From Mobula birostris (taxonomy: Eukaryota), in assembly GCF_030028105.1 (NCBI RefSeq), contig NC_092373.1, forward strand, positions 138,638,278 through 138,702,277: a DNA stretch of 64,000 nucleotides. Direction: 5' to 3'. Below are positions 49,293-62,190 of this stretch, piece after piece (position 1 is the first letter of the stretch; each line of letters starts with the position of its first letter). Made by a program: the position numbers and the translations under genes. The notes beneath the pieces were generated by a model, which saw nothing but the letters and a program-made list of their open reading frames with translations, was not told the origin of the DNA and made no database searches.

Positions 49293-49999
49293 TTAACACC
49301 TTGACAGACAATCAGCAATCACATCGTCCGTTCCTCTTGTATGTTTTATCTTAATATCAAATTCCTGTAACACCAGGCTCCAACTTAACAAGCATTTGTT
49401 TATAACCGTCATTGTGGCCAAAAACAGTAATGGATTGTGATCAGTGCAAATTATCAGTGGTTTCCGTGCCGAACAAATATAAACCTCAAAATGTTGTAAT
49501 GCCAGTATGATTGCCAGTAATTCCTTCTCCACAGTGGAATAATTTCTCTGATGGACATTAAACTTCTTAGAAAAGTAAGTCACTGGGTGTTCGATCTCCT
49601 CTTTGTCTGTCTGCAACAACACCGCCCCTGCCGCTTCGTCGCTAGCATCTGTTGCTAGGGAGAAGGGTTTTGAAAAGTCAGGCACATTCAATACAGGGTG
49701 GTGACACAGAATCACCTTCAGACTCTCAAAGACTTGTTGACAAAGGTCGTTCCAAACAAACTTTGCATTCTTCGGCAAGAGCTTAGTAAGAGGGAGGGTA
49801 ATATCCGCAAAGTTTTTGCAAAACTTCCGATAGTACCCACCATCCCCAAAAACCTTCTCGGGGCTCTCTTGTCCATCGGGATGGGAACTTCAGAGATAGC
49901 CTGTACCTTAGCCTGCATCGGTGCCAGCTGCCCCTGTCCTACCACATACTCCAGATAAGTGACCTTAGTGTGGCCGAACTCACTTTTCGCGAGGTTCAC
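49293..49999 (-). pseudogene. RT thumb/connection and RNase H, frameshifted
   Basis: RRFLGMVG, FSLATDASDEAAGAVL, YSTVEKELLAI, TDHNPL, VIADCLSR. Confidence 0.92.
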
Positions 50000-50001
50000 T
50001 G

Positions 50002-50712
50002 TCAGGATGGCTTCAGACAGCGTTTAAACAGTTCCTCTACTGCCACAATGTGCTCCTCCCACGTGTCACTCCAGACCACTAAATCGTCAATATACGCTTC
50101 TGCGTTCTTTAACCTTTTTATCATTGAATTAATCATCCTTTGGAAGGTCCCTGGGGCGCTTTTCATGCCAAAAGGTAAAACATTATACTTGTATAACCCG
50201 GATGGAGCGACAAATGCTGAGATTTCTCTAGCCCGGTCGGTTAAAGGAACACACCAGTACCCTTCCAGCAAATCGATCTTTGTGATGTACTTAGCCCTCC
50301 CCACTTTATCGATGCAATCGTCTACCCTTGGGATGGGATAAGCATCAGTTTTTGTGATGGTGTTAACCTTTCTGTAATCTGTACAAAATCGTATGCTCCC
50401 ATCGGTTTTCGGGAGAACCACACAGGGGGACGTCCATTTCAATTTGGATGGCCTAATAATACCTGTGGCTAGCATGTGTTCAATTTCTTTCTCCACTAGC
50501 TTGCCCTTCTCCAAGTTCCTCCTATAGGGGTGTTGCTTAATAGGCCGATCTGATGTAACAACAACATCATGTACCGTCCCCTTGCATCGCCTCGGGACAT
50601 CTGGACATATATCCGCATGCTGGTTAATTAGCTTTATCAGCAGCTCGCTCTGTTCAGGGGTTAAGTGAGAGACCTTATCAGCAAAGTTGGCCAAAACAAT
50701 AGAGTTCTCCAT
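50002..50712 (-). pseudogene. Gypsy reverse transcriptase core
   Basis: FCTDYRKVN, DAYPIPRVDD, IDLLEGYW, PFGMKSAP, AYIDD. Confidence 0.95.
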
Positions 50713-50759
50713 ATGGTCGGCACCATATTTATCTTTTCAAAATGGGTTTTCCCCTTATC

Positions 50760-51960
50760 ATTTGGCACCCCAGCCTCATTAATTTTCGTGATAACACCGA
50801 CTAGATCTGCGTTCCGATCGTGGTAAGCTTTTAACATATTAATGTGTACTAATTGGGTTGGTTTACATCTGTCCGGCATTTCGATAACATAATTCAAAGA
50901 GTCTATCTTTTTAATCACTTTGTACGGAGCGTGGAATCTCGCCTGGAGGGGGTTGGTTACCACTGGAAACAGAACTAAGACCCTATCGCCAACTTGAAAC
51001 ACTTGTTCGCAGGCACGTCTGTCATACCACTGTTTCATTTTAGTTTGGGAGTGTCGTAGACTTTCTTTGGCAAGGTCACAGATCCTTTCAAGCCTCTCTC
51101 GAAATTTTAAAACATAATCAATCACACTGACTTGTACGGTCGGACTGGACCATTGCTCTTTCAGTAAGGTCAGGGGTCCTCTGGGCCGATGACCGAAGAC
51201 AAGCTTGAATGGGCTGAACCCCAATGACTCCTGAACCATGTCCCTTACGGCAAATAACAGAAGGGGCAAGGCATCATCCCAGTCCCTAGCGTTCTCTTGA
51301 CAATAAATTTTAGTCATGGTCTTTAATGTTGCGTGGAATCTTTCCAGCCCACGTTGGGACTCCGGGTGGTACGCGGAGGCCAAAATCTGCTTTGCTCCCA
51401 TCTCATCCAACATCTGACGGAATGTGTGAGATGTGAAGTCACTCCCTGATCTGACTGGATTTCCCTTGGCAACCCCACCGTAGTGAAAAATTTCACAAGC
51501 GCCTTTACCACTGCGGGAGCCTTGACGCTTGCCAGGGGCACAGCCTCCGGAAACCCGGTGTTGGCGCACATCATAGTCATCACATACTCTCGCCCACTCG
51601 CAGTTCTGGGCAGGGGACCGACAAAATCCACAATTATCCCGGAAAAAGTTTCCCTGAAAGCGGGTATCGGTCAAAGGGGTGCTTTAGGCAGGACCTGATT
51701 CGGCTTTCCTACCACCTGACATAAATGACATCGCCTACAATATTCAACAATGTCCTTCCTCATGTTCGGTCAGTAAAACTCTTTCATAATTCTATCGACT
51801 GTCTTCTTCACCCCAAAATGTCCACCCAGGGGTACCTTGTGGGCCAGGTTAAAAATCTCGTCCCTATAAATTTTCGGCACTACCACCTGGTGTACCACCC
51901 CCCACTCCTCATCTGCGGTCACGGTACTTGGTCTCCACTTCCTCATCAGTACTCCCTCCT
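50760..51960 (-). pseudogene. Integrase (zinc-binding, DDE core, SH3-like tail), frameshifted, upstream of RT
   Basis: AHKVPLGGHFGVKKT, DFVGPLPRT, IQSDQG, AYHPESQRGLERFH, SPFKLVFG. Confidence 0.93.
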
Positions 51961-53719
51961 TCACATAATAGCCCACTGGTTCCCTTTTTATTTCTGCTTC
52001 GGAGAGAGGAGTCTCCGTCAAAACCATCAGCTCCTCGTCTCGTTCCTGTGCCTGTATAAATTCTTTCCTCGCTAATGATAAATCTGCCTCAACTCCCTCA
52101 CTTCTTTCCGCTCCACTATGCTCCTTCTTCTCACTTTCCAACCCCTCCTGGTACAAGGCTGGTAAAAACGTCTCAGCTAAGTCTACATTCGCTTCGGCAG
52201 CCTTTCTGAACATGCGCCGAGTTACTGCACAAACAGGATAAACCTGTGAGTCCATGGGCGGGTCCTCAGTCCTGGCAGGCTTGCTTGTCAGCTTTACTGC
52301 TGGGTACACATCTCCACCTGCAAGGTCGTTACCGAGTAAGACCTCCACGTCTTCGATCGGTAATTCGGGCCTCACCCCTATCGTGACCAGTCTGGAGACC
52401 AAGTCACTTTTTAGGTGCATCTGGTGCAAAGGTACTGCTTCAGTCCCTTTCCCAATGCCTTTTATCACACTGACCTCCCCAGTCTCGGTCTCTGAACAAA
52501 AGTCTAACACCCTCCTTAAGATCCATGACTGACAAAACCCAGTGTCTCTCCAGATCCATACTGGAACTGGGTTTGACCCCTCCTTCACCGACAACAATCC
52601 GGCCGAAATAAACTTCTCGCGCCCTTCCTGAACTCTATCAAACCTCTTTTCCCCTAGTGGTTTGTCTGCCAGCTCAGTACAGCCAGTCGGAGTCGTCATT
52701 TTTCCTTTCCCCGTCTCCTTCTTTGGGGCAAAACACCTGGATGCAATGTGACCGGCTTTCCCACAATTATAGCATACGACCCCAGGAGACTTCCTACCAA
52801 ACTGCTTCCTGTCTTCCTTATCCTTCTCACTAGTCCCTGGCTTACTTTCTGGCTTTTCCGGTGGACTTTCTCTGCCCTCTCGACTACCATTCTGGTAGCT
52901 CTTACTCGGGGTAAACTTTGCTTTGTGTGTTAACGCGTACTCATCCACTTACTTAGCAGTCGCGGCTAAGGTTTCTGCCTCTTTCTCATCTAGATAGGGC
53001 CTCATACCTTCAGGGACACAACCTTTAAATTGCTCAATCAGTATTAGCTGTAGCAGTCTGTCATAATTCCCAGTGACCCCTTTCGAGGCACACCAACGCT
53101 CACAATACATCTGCATCTCGCGGGCAAACTCTAAATACATACGGCCCCACTGCTTCCTCGCATTCCGGAACCTCTGCTGGTATGCCTCCGGGACCAACTC
53201 ATAAATCCTGAGTATAGCCTCTTTCACCACATCATATCTCTGGGCCTCTTCTGCTGACAACGCTGAGTAAGCTTGTTGAGCCTTCCCCTTAAGTACGCTC
53301 TGAAGCAAAACAGCCCACTTATCCCTCAGCCAGTCCTGACTTGCAGCGACTTTTTCAAAATGTAGAAAGTACCAATCAACATCCACCTCCTCAAATGGGG
53401 GAACCAACCTAACCTCCTGGGTCGCCCTGAACCCTCCATTTTGGTTCGGCATTTGGCCCCTCTCTAGCGCAATCCTTAACTTCTCCAGCTCAAACTCCCT
53501 TTCCTTCTCTCTCTCTTCCCATTCTAATTGCTTTACTCGGAACTCGTGCTCGAGTCTTAATTTTTCCATCTGCAGCTGCACTGCTTCTCCACCAGGTTTG
53601 TTCATAGACACCACCTCCAGCTCCCCATGGGGAAACACACCTTTAGATACATAATGCTCAATGATAGCTCTGTGCATCTCCGCTCTCCTCATTGTGGGCT
53701 TCCCCTTAAAAAGATTCAA
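51961..53719 (-). pseudogene. Gag (SCAN-like capsid, CCHC knuckle) and aspartic protease
   Basis: PEAYQQRFR...LILIEQFKGCVPEGMRPYLDEK (SCAN-like), CYNCGKAGHIASRC, RDTG and LLGND; in-frame stop at 52949-52951. Confidence 0.9.
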
Positions 53720-53872
53720 CAGTCACCAATTCTGTTTTCCTGGCATCCTCTAATGCCTCCAAGGTTGGCGCCTTTAGAAATTCCTCAATCTCCATTTCTG
53801 CTGTTTGCCCTTTTTATTCTTTCGGGAATTTTAACCCAATCAATTTACCCAGTCCCAATTTTGGCGTTCAAA

Positions 53873-53891
53873 ATCCCGGATGAGATCCCCA
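53873..53891 (-). promoter_or_regulatory. Primer-binding site, tRNA-Pro-like
   Basis: Minus strand tggggatctcatccgggat compared with canonical PBS-Pro TGGGGGCTCGTCCGGGAT; 4 nt from the 5' LTR. Confidence 0.8.
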
Positions 53892-53895
53892 CTTA

Positions 53896-54739
53896 TGTTA
53901 CGTACCCCATAACAGGGTTGCCAAACCAGCAGAAATGGAACGCTCGTTGGAGTCTGTGATTACTAGGAACTAATAAAGTTTTATTAAAGTAATAAGTAAT
54001 ACAGTACACTAATCATAAGGATATGAATGTAACAGGTTAGCAATGATAATCCACACATATACACAGAACTAGGGTAATAGGAATCAACCAAGGTCTATCG
54101 CAATCCAGGGGTAAAATGATCAGTCTTAAGTGAAGCAGAGCTCAGTTCAGTTTAGTGCAGTTCGAAGTAGTCGCTGCTGTTGTACCGTTGGGGAGAGAGA
54201 GAGAGAGAGTGAGAGATGCAGTTGGTTTCAGGCAGACCTTTTGATGTCCTCACAGTTGGTTTCGGGCAGACCTTTTGATGTCTTCCAATCCCGCTGTAGT
54301 CACTGACTGTGACCCCTCCGTTCCGGATATGATCATTCTTCCGCGGTGAACCCGGCACCCAGGCAAGGGCAGACACACACCCCAGGTTCCCATCGATCAT
54401 ACCTTTACACCCTGTGAGCCTCTGATCAGTTCCCACGAGCTGGTCCTCCAAACTATCACCAACTTGTGGGGGCACACTGCTCTTTCCAGGGTCTCGTGGC
54501 ATGTCTAGTGCCTTAGCAAACCTGCTCTTTTTATCCCCCTGCTGGGATATCACCTGTCCATCAAACTTCAGACAGTTCAGGTTCAAAGCAACTGGTCCGT
54601 CAATATCTGAATTGTGGTTCTTTCTTGTTAATCTCGCTCTTCTCTCTTATTAGCATTTTGAATGTTTCTCCATTATCTTCCATTATCTCTCTCATTAGTA
54701 TCATCCGTCCGGTAGCTCTGCTTGGCGACACACATGACA
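53896..54739 (-). repeat. 5' LTR (844 bp)
   Basis: TG...CA ends; direct repeat of 48331-49171. Confidence 0.95.
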
Positions 54740-56399
54740 CTGTGAAAAGGTCATGTCCTGAATACATGGTGAAGATCTGAAAATGGTTGTCACTGAACCT
54801 TAGAAAGGAAAGTTGGAAGCATGATGGTTCTGTGAGTTAATCAGACTTGTTTTATATTCAGACAAGTGGGATTTAGAATGTCACTGCAAATATGGAGAAG
54901 TTTTACACCAGAAGTCCTGGGAAAAAAATGAAAATGCCACAAAAATGAAGGAGATCAGTTTCCTGAGAGGCACAAACGTGAATGCAAAATCCCTTATCTC
55001 TGGTTTAAGCCAAATTTTAACAGCATAATGCAACTGTTCCAGTGTTGTATGAATAAAAGATTTAGTCTAGTGTTTACATAAGTGAGGTCAGAAATAGAAA
55101 TCAAGAAATTACACTCAGCTGCTCCACATGTTGCACCTTATCAATCTCCCATCACGGGGCTTAGCATAGAAATGGCATGTAATTGCTCATTGGATCCCCA
55201 AAAATTGTGCCCAGAAAAGTAGGGGCTTGACCATTGAAGTGTAAATAAAATTTTAAAACTGTAAGAGGTAAATGCATGACCTCTGTGAACTGCACCTTAC
55301 GTTTCAAATGCATTAAGTCTCATTCCTTCAACTTTTATGTGATACTGATCATTTAAAAATGCAAGCGCCTGGAACTTGTTAACATGACAGTGGATAAACA
55401 GTTTGCTGAGATAGTGTGGGGTCCATGGTCTTCGCATATCAATGTCCAATGCTGACTGTAGGAAGGAAACTGAAGAAAGTCAGTTTTTTAAAAATTATTT
55501 CTGCTTTAGTTGATCTTAGTTGTCTTTTCCTTTGTTTTAAAATGCTTAATAAATCTTAAATGATTTTGCTATCTTCTTTTGACTTTTAATAGATTTCAAA
55601 TGCTTCCAAACTTCAGAGCATTGAAAAAAAAGACAGTTTTAATAGTCTGGTAACTCAAGGAAGCACCTTTGAGTTTTGGCAATGCTTTTCCCAGAAGAAT
55701 TCATGAGCAGGGCTCATTTTGACCCACCTTTGTAATCCAGCTCTACATGGTTACAGAATGTCCATGACCAGCAAAAGAGCCTTTCAGATCTGGATCTGGT
55801 TTTGAAAATGGAGAGTGAGAGTGATACTTTACTGATGAAAATCTGACTACTATGTTTAACATTTTTCTTTTCATTCTCTTCCATTGTACTCACCTTTCTC
55901 TGCTCAACTTCTAAGCAGCTAATGCAGAAGACAGGTTCTGCCTCTTTATTTTTTTTTAGTTTTTCAGTTAAGAATGTAAGAAAATAGGAGGAGAGGTAGG
56001 CCACCTGACCCCTCAAGCCTGCACTGCCGTTCAATGAGAACATGGCTGAGCTGACCGAGGCCTCATCCAATGCTTCCGACCAGTTTCCCACATTAATCTT
56101 CTTTCTCTTTAAATACCCCTAATGTCTGTAGATGATTTGTTATTTTATGAACTATTTTAACTTACATTTCTTGGTTCTCAGATTACAAGGGTCACAAATA
56201 ACATCTAAGACTGATTAATGAAGGGATGAAGACCTGCCATGTCATATTTTCTTCATACAGCTGCGTTCCAAAGTGAGTTTCTGAAGACTGTAAGTTCCAG
56301 TCTAAAAGCTGGAGAGAAGTTGCCAAACAAGTGCAAGTAGTTGATTTTTTCTTCTTGTTTACTGTTGACTGCAAAATTCAGTTAATAACTAAAAAAAAA

Positions 56400-56473
56400 A
56401 CAAGCAAGGAAGGTTAAAATTTGTTAAAAAAAACTTGTTTTTTTTTTAACAAATTTTAACCTTCCTTGCTTGT
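56400..56473. repeat. Perfect inverted repeat, 34-bp arms with a 6-nt spacer
   Basis: acaagcaaggaaggttaaaatttgttaaaaaaaa-cttgtt-ttttttttaacaaattttaaccttccttgcttgt. Confidence 0.95.
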
Positions 56474-57786
56474 GCATCTGCCAGGGATACTTTATCTTTT
56501 TGTCAAAAGATAATACAAGGTGTTTTGAACTTGACATTTTTCAGAGTACTACCTTGTCTGGGTGGAGCCTTTTTTTATTATCGTTCTGTACATGTGTCAG
56601 TCAAAACAATACTGCATACAGAGAAAGGCTATTACTCCATTTCACTTCTGAAACTAGTTGTTATCATCAAGACTCCTTTTCAGAGTGCTCATTTAGATTT
56701 ACTGCATAAACACCTACAGCAAATCAAAAGGGATAGCTATCACGATGACAAACAGACCAGATGAGGATACAGAAATGAGTCCAGTGGTTACTCTGATTGA
56801 CATCAGTAAAGCTTGGCAGGGAAGTGTTCACCAGTATAACATACTGTACCTGATTGGTGTTCTATTAAATATTTCAGCAGAACAGCACAATACAATATTC
56901 ATATTAATGTAAGGATTTGCAGATCAATCCAATGTGTATTTCAAATCACCCATAAGTGAATCCTTCTATAATGAAAATGTTTGCTTTCATTCAACTGCAT
57001 GCTGCGGAGCTTGCTTGATTTAAAGAAACTTGATTGTCTAGGCATTATTCCAATATCTCTAATGTGGTTATACAGTACACTTGGACTATTATGTGGTATG
57101 TAATTGGCTGTATTCAGTCTCTTTTTCCCATTTGCAACACCATGCTGTGGACACAGCTGCCACTAAAGAGAATAGAGGAAGAACAGATGCCACTACCTAG
57201 AGGGCTGGCATTCAGAAATGTTATCAGTCTCAGCGAGAATGTCATCCTTGTAAATCCGCTGCAGGTTATTCCATTTCTAGTGAGTACAAGAGATTCATTG
57301 TGACAAAAGTTTCTATTTAAAACAAAATTGATTCGGTGTGGTTCTCAAAGATTACTTGGAGGACTGGAGGTGGGAGGGAGCAGGGGAGAGCAGTCAGCTT
57401 CAGAAGTCTGGACGGTAGCTGCATTATTTTCTCTTCCTCTTAAAAGGTCAATCCATTACAGCAATGTGAAAGGAAAAACTATTCTATTCAGACTCATTTT
57501 TATCAAACTGAGTGAAGCAGTTTGTTGAACTTGTTTCTAATGACATTTTTGCTGAGAACTTGGATCAGATGTAGTTGGATGGGCTTAAAATGTCACTGTG
57601 CACACCATCACCTCAGGATCCTATTGAATAGAAAAGTTCTTTGAAAGCACACAGTGGGAAGGAGCTGCGCAAAACAAAGTCAATGGTTCTGTTATTGCTA
57701 CATTGATTGCTAGGAATATCGTTAGACCTGAAATCAGTTTTCCCCACAGTTCACCTGTAGTATATAAAACATGGAGGAGGGAGGCC

Positions 57787-57788
<2 letters not shown>

Positions 57789-57840
<52 letters not shown>
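57789..57840. repeat. (TG)n microsatellite
   Basis: Direct observation. Confidence 0.98.
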
Positions 57841-57841
<1 letters not shown>

Positions 57842-58309
57842 CCACCTCCCTTCCAATCATCTGTTCTGATGGAGTCATGTACCACTGAAAAGTGTGCGGT
57901 GATCAGTGAGGCAGAATATCATTGCATGTTTCACTAAGGTGCAGAAAACAAAAGATATAACAAAAGATATACAAATCAAAGATGTAATAAATAAAAATGA
58001 GAGTGTGAATGATTAGAGCATTGCAAAATGAGGCAGTGTTGATACATCAGTGTCAAGATAGAGATACCTTTAATCCATTAATGATCTTCAGTAAGCTTTG
58101 CTCCTTGCTCTTGTCTGTGAGGTGAAAGCTATGGTGCCTAATTTGTAGGCCCACCTCTTGTTCTATAAAAATAAGTCTTGTTACTGTAGATCCTGATTGA
58201 ATGCATGTGGGCTAATTTTTGTGGCATGTTATATGTTAGTTACAATTGATTAGTCCATGGCCTGCACCTCATAAATAAATTACACTCAGTCAAATATATT
58301 TGCATTTAT

Positions 58310-58625
58310 AGAATATAGGACATAAAACATAGAATAATACAGCAATAGACAGACCTTTAAGTCCACATTTAGGCAATCATGATCCCAATTTATACTAAGT
58401 GTTCTCTTCTTGCATATCATCCATATCCCTCTGTTTCCTTCATATTCATTAAAAACCTGTTTAACTCCACCAAATTGCCTGCTTCCACTACTGCCCCTGG
58501 TAAAACTAGCCCCTCATATTACCTTTAAGCATTCCCCCTCTAATTTTGGCCCAAAGCATCGACTGTTTATTCCTCTCCATAGATGCTGCTTGAACTGCTG
58601 AGTTCCTCCAGCAATTTGTGTGTGA
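58310..58625. mobile_element. CR1 3' end (minus) abutting a Penelope pLTR terminus (plus, 58545-58625)
   Basis: (aacatag)-like tail with 'tacagca...gaccttt'; 'catcgactgtttattcctctccatagatgctgc...gagttcctccagc'. Confidence 0.7.
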
Positions 58626-58964
58626 TGTACATCCTCTGGTGTTTAACATTTTTGTCCTATGGAAAGGTGTCATTGGGTTCGGATATGGCCCAAGTGCAGA
58701 GTGAGAGACATCTCACAGATTTTAACGTGAACAGTGTTAAAGAGGAAAAGAAAACAATAAATGCTAGGCCCAACAGGACTGTTAACTAAAACTCTCAAAT
58801 GGAAAACGTAGCCTGCACAGCGAATGAAAAGAAAAACTAAGAATAAAATGGATACCGCAAGTCTCTAGAGTCAGTTGACTCCATAGCCCAATTTCTCAGG
58901 CATCCATGAGCACAATTGTTGAACTTGGTGTGCTGCCGAATTCGTGGTTGTGACAGAAAAGATT

Positions 58965-59200
58965 CTGACTGATTCTGACTATCCACCCTATCTATGCTTC
59001 TCATAACTTTAAAAGCCTCTATCAGGTCCTCCCCTCAGTGCCCAATTCTCTGGGCAAAACAACCCAAGTTTGCCAATCATTCCCTATTGCTCATGCTCTC
59101 TAATCCAGCAGCATTCTGGTAAACCCCTTCTGCACACTTTCAACAGTCTCCACAACCTTCCTGTAATAAGGTGACCAGCTCCACACACAATATTCTAAAT
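58965..59200 (-). mobile_element. CR1 fragment
   Basis: 'ctatccaccctatctatgc...cctctatcaggtc...ctctaatccag...ctggtaaacc...gtgaccag'. Confidence 0.75.
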
Positions 59201-60439
59201 AGATAAGTGAGAATGGTATTCCAAGATATATTCCTATATGGAATTATATTGCAATACATGGAAAATTTCCTTCATCTTTTGAACAGCGTAACTTCGTTCC
59301 TCATAATGAAATTGATCAAACTGGATTTACAGCATTCCTTCAGTTTGTAATCCACCCAGCTAAAGAAAATGGTCTGACAGTTCTGATCACTGTTAAGAGT
59401 TGATAAGCTATGAGAACAGCAATTTCACCTATTGATTAAAGGTCTTTGAGAGCCATATGGGACCTCTGATTTCTCTACTAATAAGTTCTAACTCATTTTG
59501 AATACCATAGTGTATATGGTTTCCCAGTGATGCATGCCACCATCTCCAGATAATGCTTTTAGCAGCACATTTGACCATACGATTTAAGCAACAAGACCGA
59601 AGGCAACAAATTCTGCTAGATTCCCCAATCATAAGTTCAAAACTACAGATCCATAAGGATTGTTCCAAATGGAGCTATGACTCTCCAGGTAGTACTGGTC
59701 AATTCTATGATCTTCAAGTCAACAAACTGCAAACTCATTCTCCTGTTTTCTTCACAGGGCAATCTTCAAGTTTTGAGATACAGCTTCCTTCCAGGCTGCC
59801 AAGGGATTAGAGTCAGTTTAACCAGCAAGGCTTTCACTGATGCAAACCCTCATTCATACTTCCATTTGGTTCTTCTGTTTCATCCCTGGGCACCTAAGGC
59901 ATACAGCTAGGAAACTGTCCTGGATTTCTGCATTTCCCCAGTGAGCCATGGACCACGTGATTACAATGAAGGGTCCATCAAGAAGGTACCAATATGTGTG
60001 ATAGGACAGTATGACAGGCAGGTGTTTAACTTGAACTCCAGAGTAGGCTGTATCCTTATGATGCAACATGAGCACACAGCACATGCTGCAAGGCATTGTC
60101 GATTGATCTCCCAGAAAGGTAATACCTCAATTTTATAATCTTTTCTTCTTTCAGATGAACTCCCAAAAGGACTTTACCTCAGAGCATTGCATATGATTAG
60201 CCGTGCACACTAAATGAATGTCCTTATTCAGTGGCACACGCATATTATCATATTGGTTAATGACTAATTTCCAGGCTTGTGAACTGTAAGTTTTCATGAC
60301 AAATAAAACTGGGATACATAAAAGGGCTAATATTCCCACTTAAGAAAGTTAAACATTCAAACTTGAAACAGCATCAAAAGTTTAAAAGCATTTTTATGGA
60401 AAGTGTTAGAATTTAGAATCCAAGTTCTAAGTGATAATC

Positions 60440-62190
60440 AAAGGATCTGGAAGACTTGGAGGGTGTGGGCGGGGGCTAATTTTGTGCCTTATTGAAGAAC
60501 AAGCCAGGAAACTATAGGCCAGCGGGCCTAATATCAGTGGTAGGAAAGTTACTGGAAGGGTTTCTGAAAGATAACCTACCTACATTTGGAAAAGCAAAGA
60601 CTGATCAGGGATAGTCAACATGATTTTGTCCATAGGAAATCATGTCACATGAATTTGATTTTGTCTATTGAACAGTTGACCATGAAGATTGATGAAGGCA
60701 GGGCAGCAGACATTGTCTATGTGAATTATAAGAAGATCATTAACAAGGTCCCACATGCTAGACAGATCCGAGAAGGATTGCAGTTGAGGTAGCCAATTGG
60801 ATACAAAGTTGGTAGAAGTCAAAGGGTGGTGATGGAGTGGTGGAGGATTATTTTTCAGGCTGGAGTCCCATGACCAGTGTTGTGTGCTACAGAGATTGGT
60901 GCTCTGTCCATGTTATTTGCCATTTACATTAACAATTTGGATGAGAATGTAACTAGCATGATTAGTAAATTTGTGAATGACATCAAAGTAGATGGTATAA
61001 TGGACAGTGAAGAAGGTTATCTAGGATTTAAATCACTTGGGAACATGGGCCAAGGTATGGTAAATGGAATTTAATGCAGATACGTTTAAAGTATTGCACT
61101 ACGGGAAGTTAAATCAGGGTAGAGCTTGCATAGTGAATGGTAGAGGGTATTGTAGACTAGAGATACCTGGCACTGCAGATACATAATTCCCTGAAAAGGG
61201 TGACACAAGTAGACAGGATGGTGAAGAAAGAGTTTGGCATGCTCATTTTCATCGGCCAGGGAACTGAGTACCAGAGTTGAAACTTTATACTTTATACTTT
61301 ATTGTCGCCAAACAATTGGTACTAGAACGTACAATCATCACAGCGATATTTGATTCTGCGCTTACCACTCCCTGGATTACAAATATTAAATATTAAAAAT
61401 ATTAAAAATAGTTAAAATTAGTAAATATTAAAAATAAATTATAAATCATAAAGAAAATAGAAAAATGGAAAGTAAGGTAGTGCAAAAAAACTGAGAGGCA
61501 GGTCTGGATATTTGGAGGGTACGGCCCAGATCCGGGTCAGGATCCATTCAGCAGTCTTATCACAGTTGGAAAGAAGCTGTTCCCAAATCTAGCCATACGA
61601 GTCTTCAAGCTCCTGAGCCTATTCATTATGTTACTGACTACCCTTAAAGTATTGTGTGCAATTCTGGTCACCTAGTTATAGGAATGATGTCCCAAACATT
61701 AACGGGTTCAGAAAAGATTCACAAAGATTTTAATAGAGCTGGAAGCCATAAGTTATAGGGAGAGACTGGAAAGGATGGGGCTTTTATCCCTGGAGCATAA
61801 AGGAGTGAGGGGTAACCTTAAGATAATGATATGAAATCCTGAAGACATAGATAAGGTCACAGCACTTTTCCCGGGGTAGGGGAACTTGTCTAAAACAAGA
61901 AGCCATAGATTTAACATGTGAAGGGAAGGATTTCAAGGGACTAGAGGGGCAATTTTTTCACAAAGAGGGTGGTAGGTATATGGAATGAGCTGCCAGAGGA
62001 AGTTGTAGTGGTGAGTGCATTTACAACATTTAAGAGACAGTTAGGTTGTTAAATGGATAAGAAAGGTTTAGAAGGACAGGAGCCTAAAAAAGGCAAATGG
62101 GACTAGCCGTGGTAGGCAATTTGATCGGCATGGAGGAGTTGGCCTTAAAGGCCTGTTGTCATTCAGTAGTACTCTATGACCCTATGACAA
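60440..62190 (+). mobile_element. Old CR1 LINE interrupted by a younger insertion
   Basis: LIRDSQHDFV, KIDEGRAADIVY and ISKFVNDIK; 3' end 'ggcctgttgtc...ctctatgaccctatgac'. Confidence 0.88.
61281..61620 (-). mobile_element. Rex-type LINE 3' end inserted in CR1
   Basis: (tataaag)n tail on the minus strand; 'ttcagcagtcttatcacagttggaaagaagctgttccc' homologous to 41520-41560. Confidence 0.75.

Larger units (their letters stand above)
48331..54739 (-). mobile_element. Full-length decayed Gmr1-like Ty3/Gypsy LTR retrotransposon
   Basis: Two LTRs, PBS, PPT, TSD ctat/ctgt; gag(SCAN-like, CCHC)-PR-INT-RT-RH order. Confidence 0.95.

Noticed and set aside
52946-52951. In-frame stop between gag ORFs as programmed readthrough
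   Set aside because: It lies inside the SCAN-like helix, upstream of the zinc knuckle, in a copy with many other lesions; most likely a nonsense mutation (e.g. TTA>TAA)
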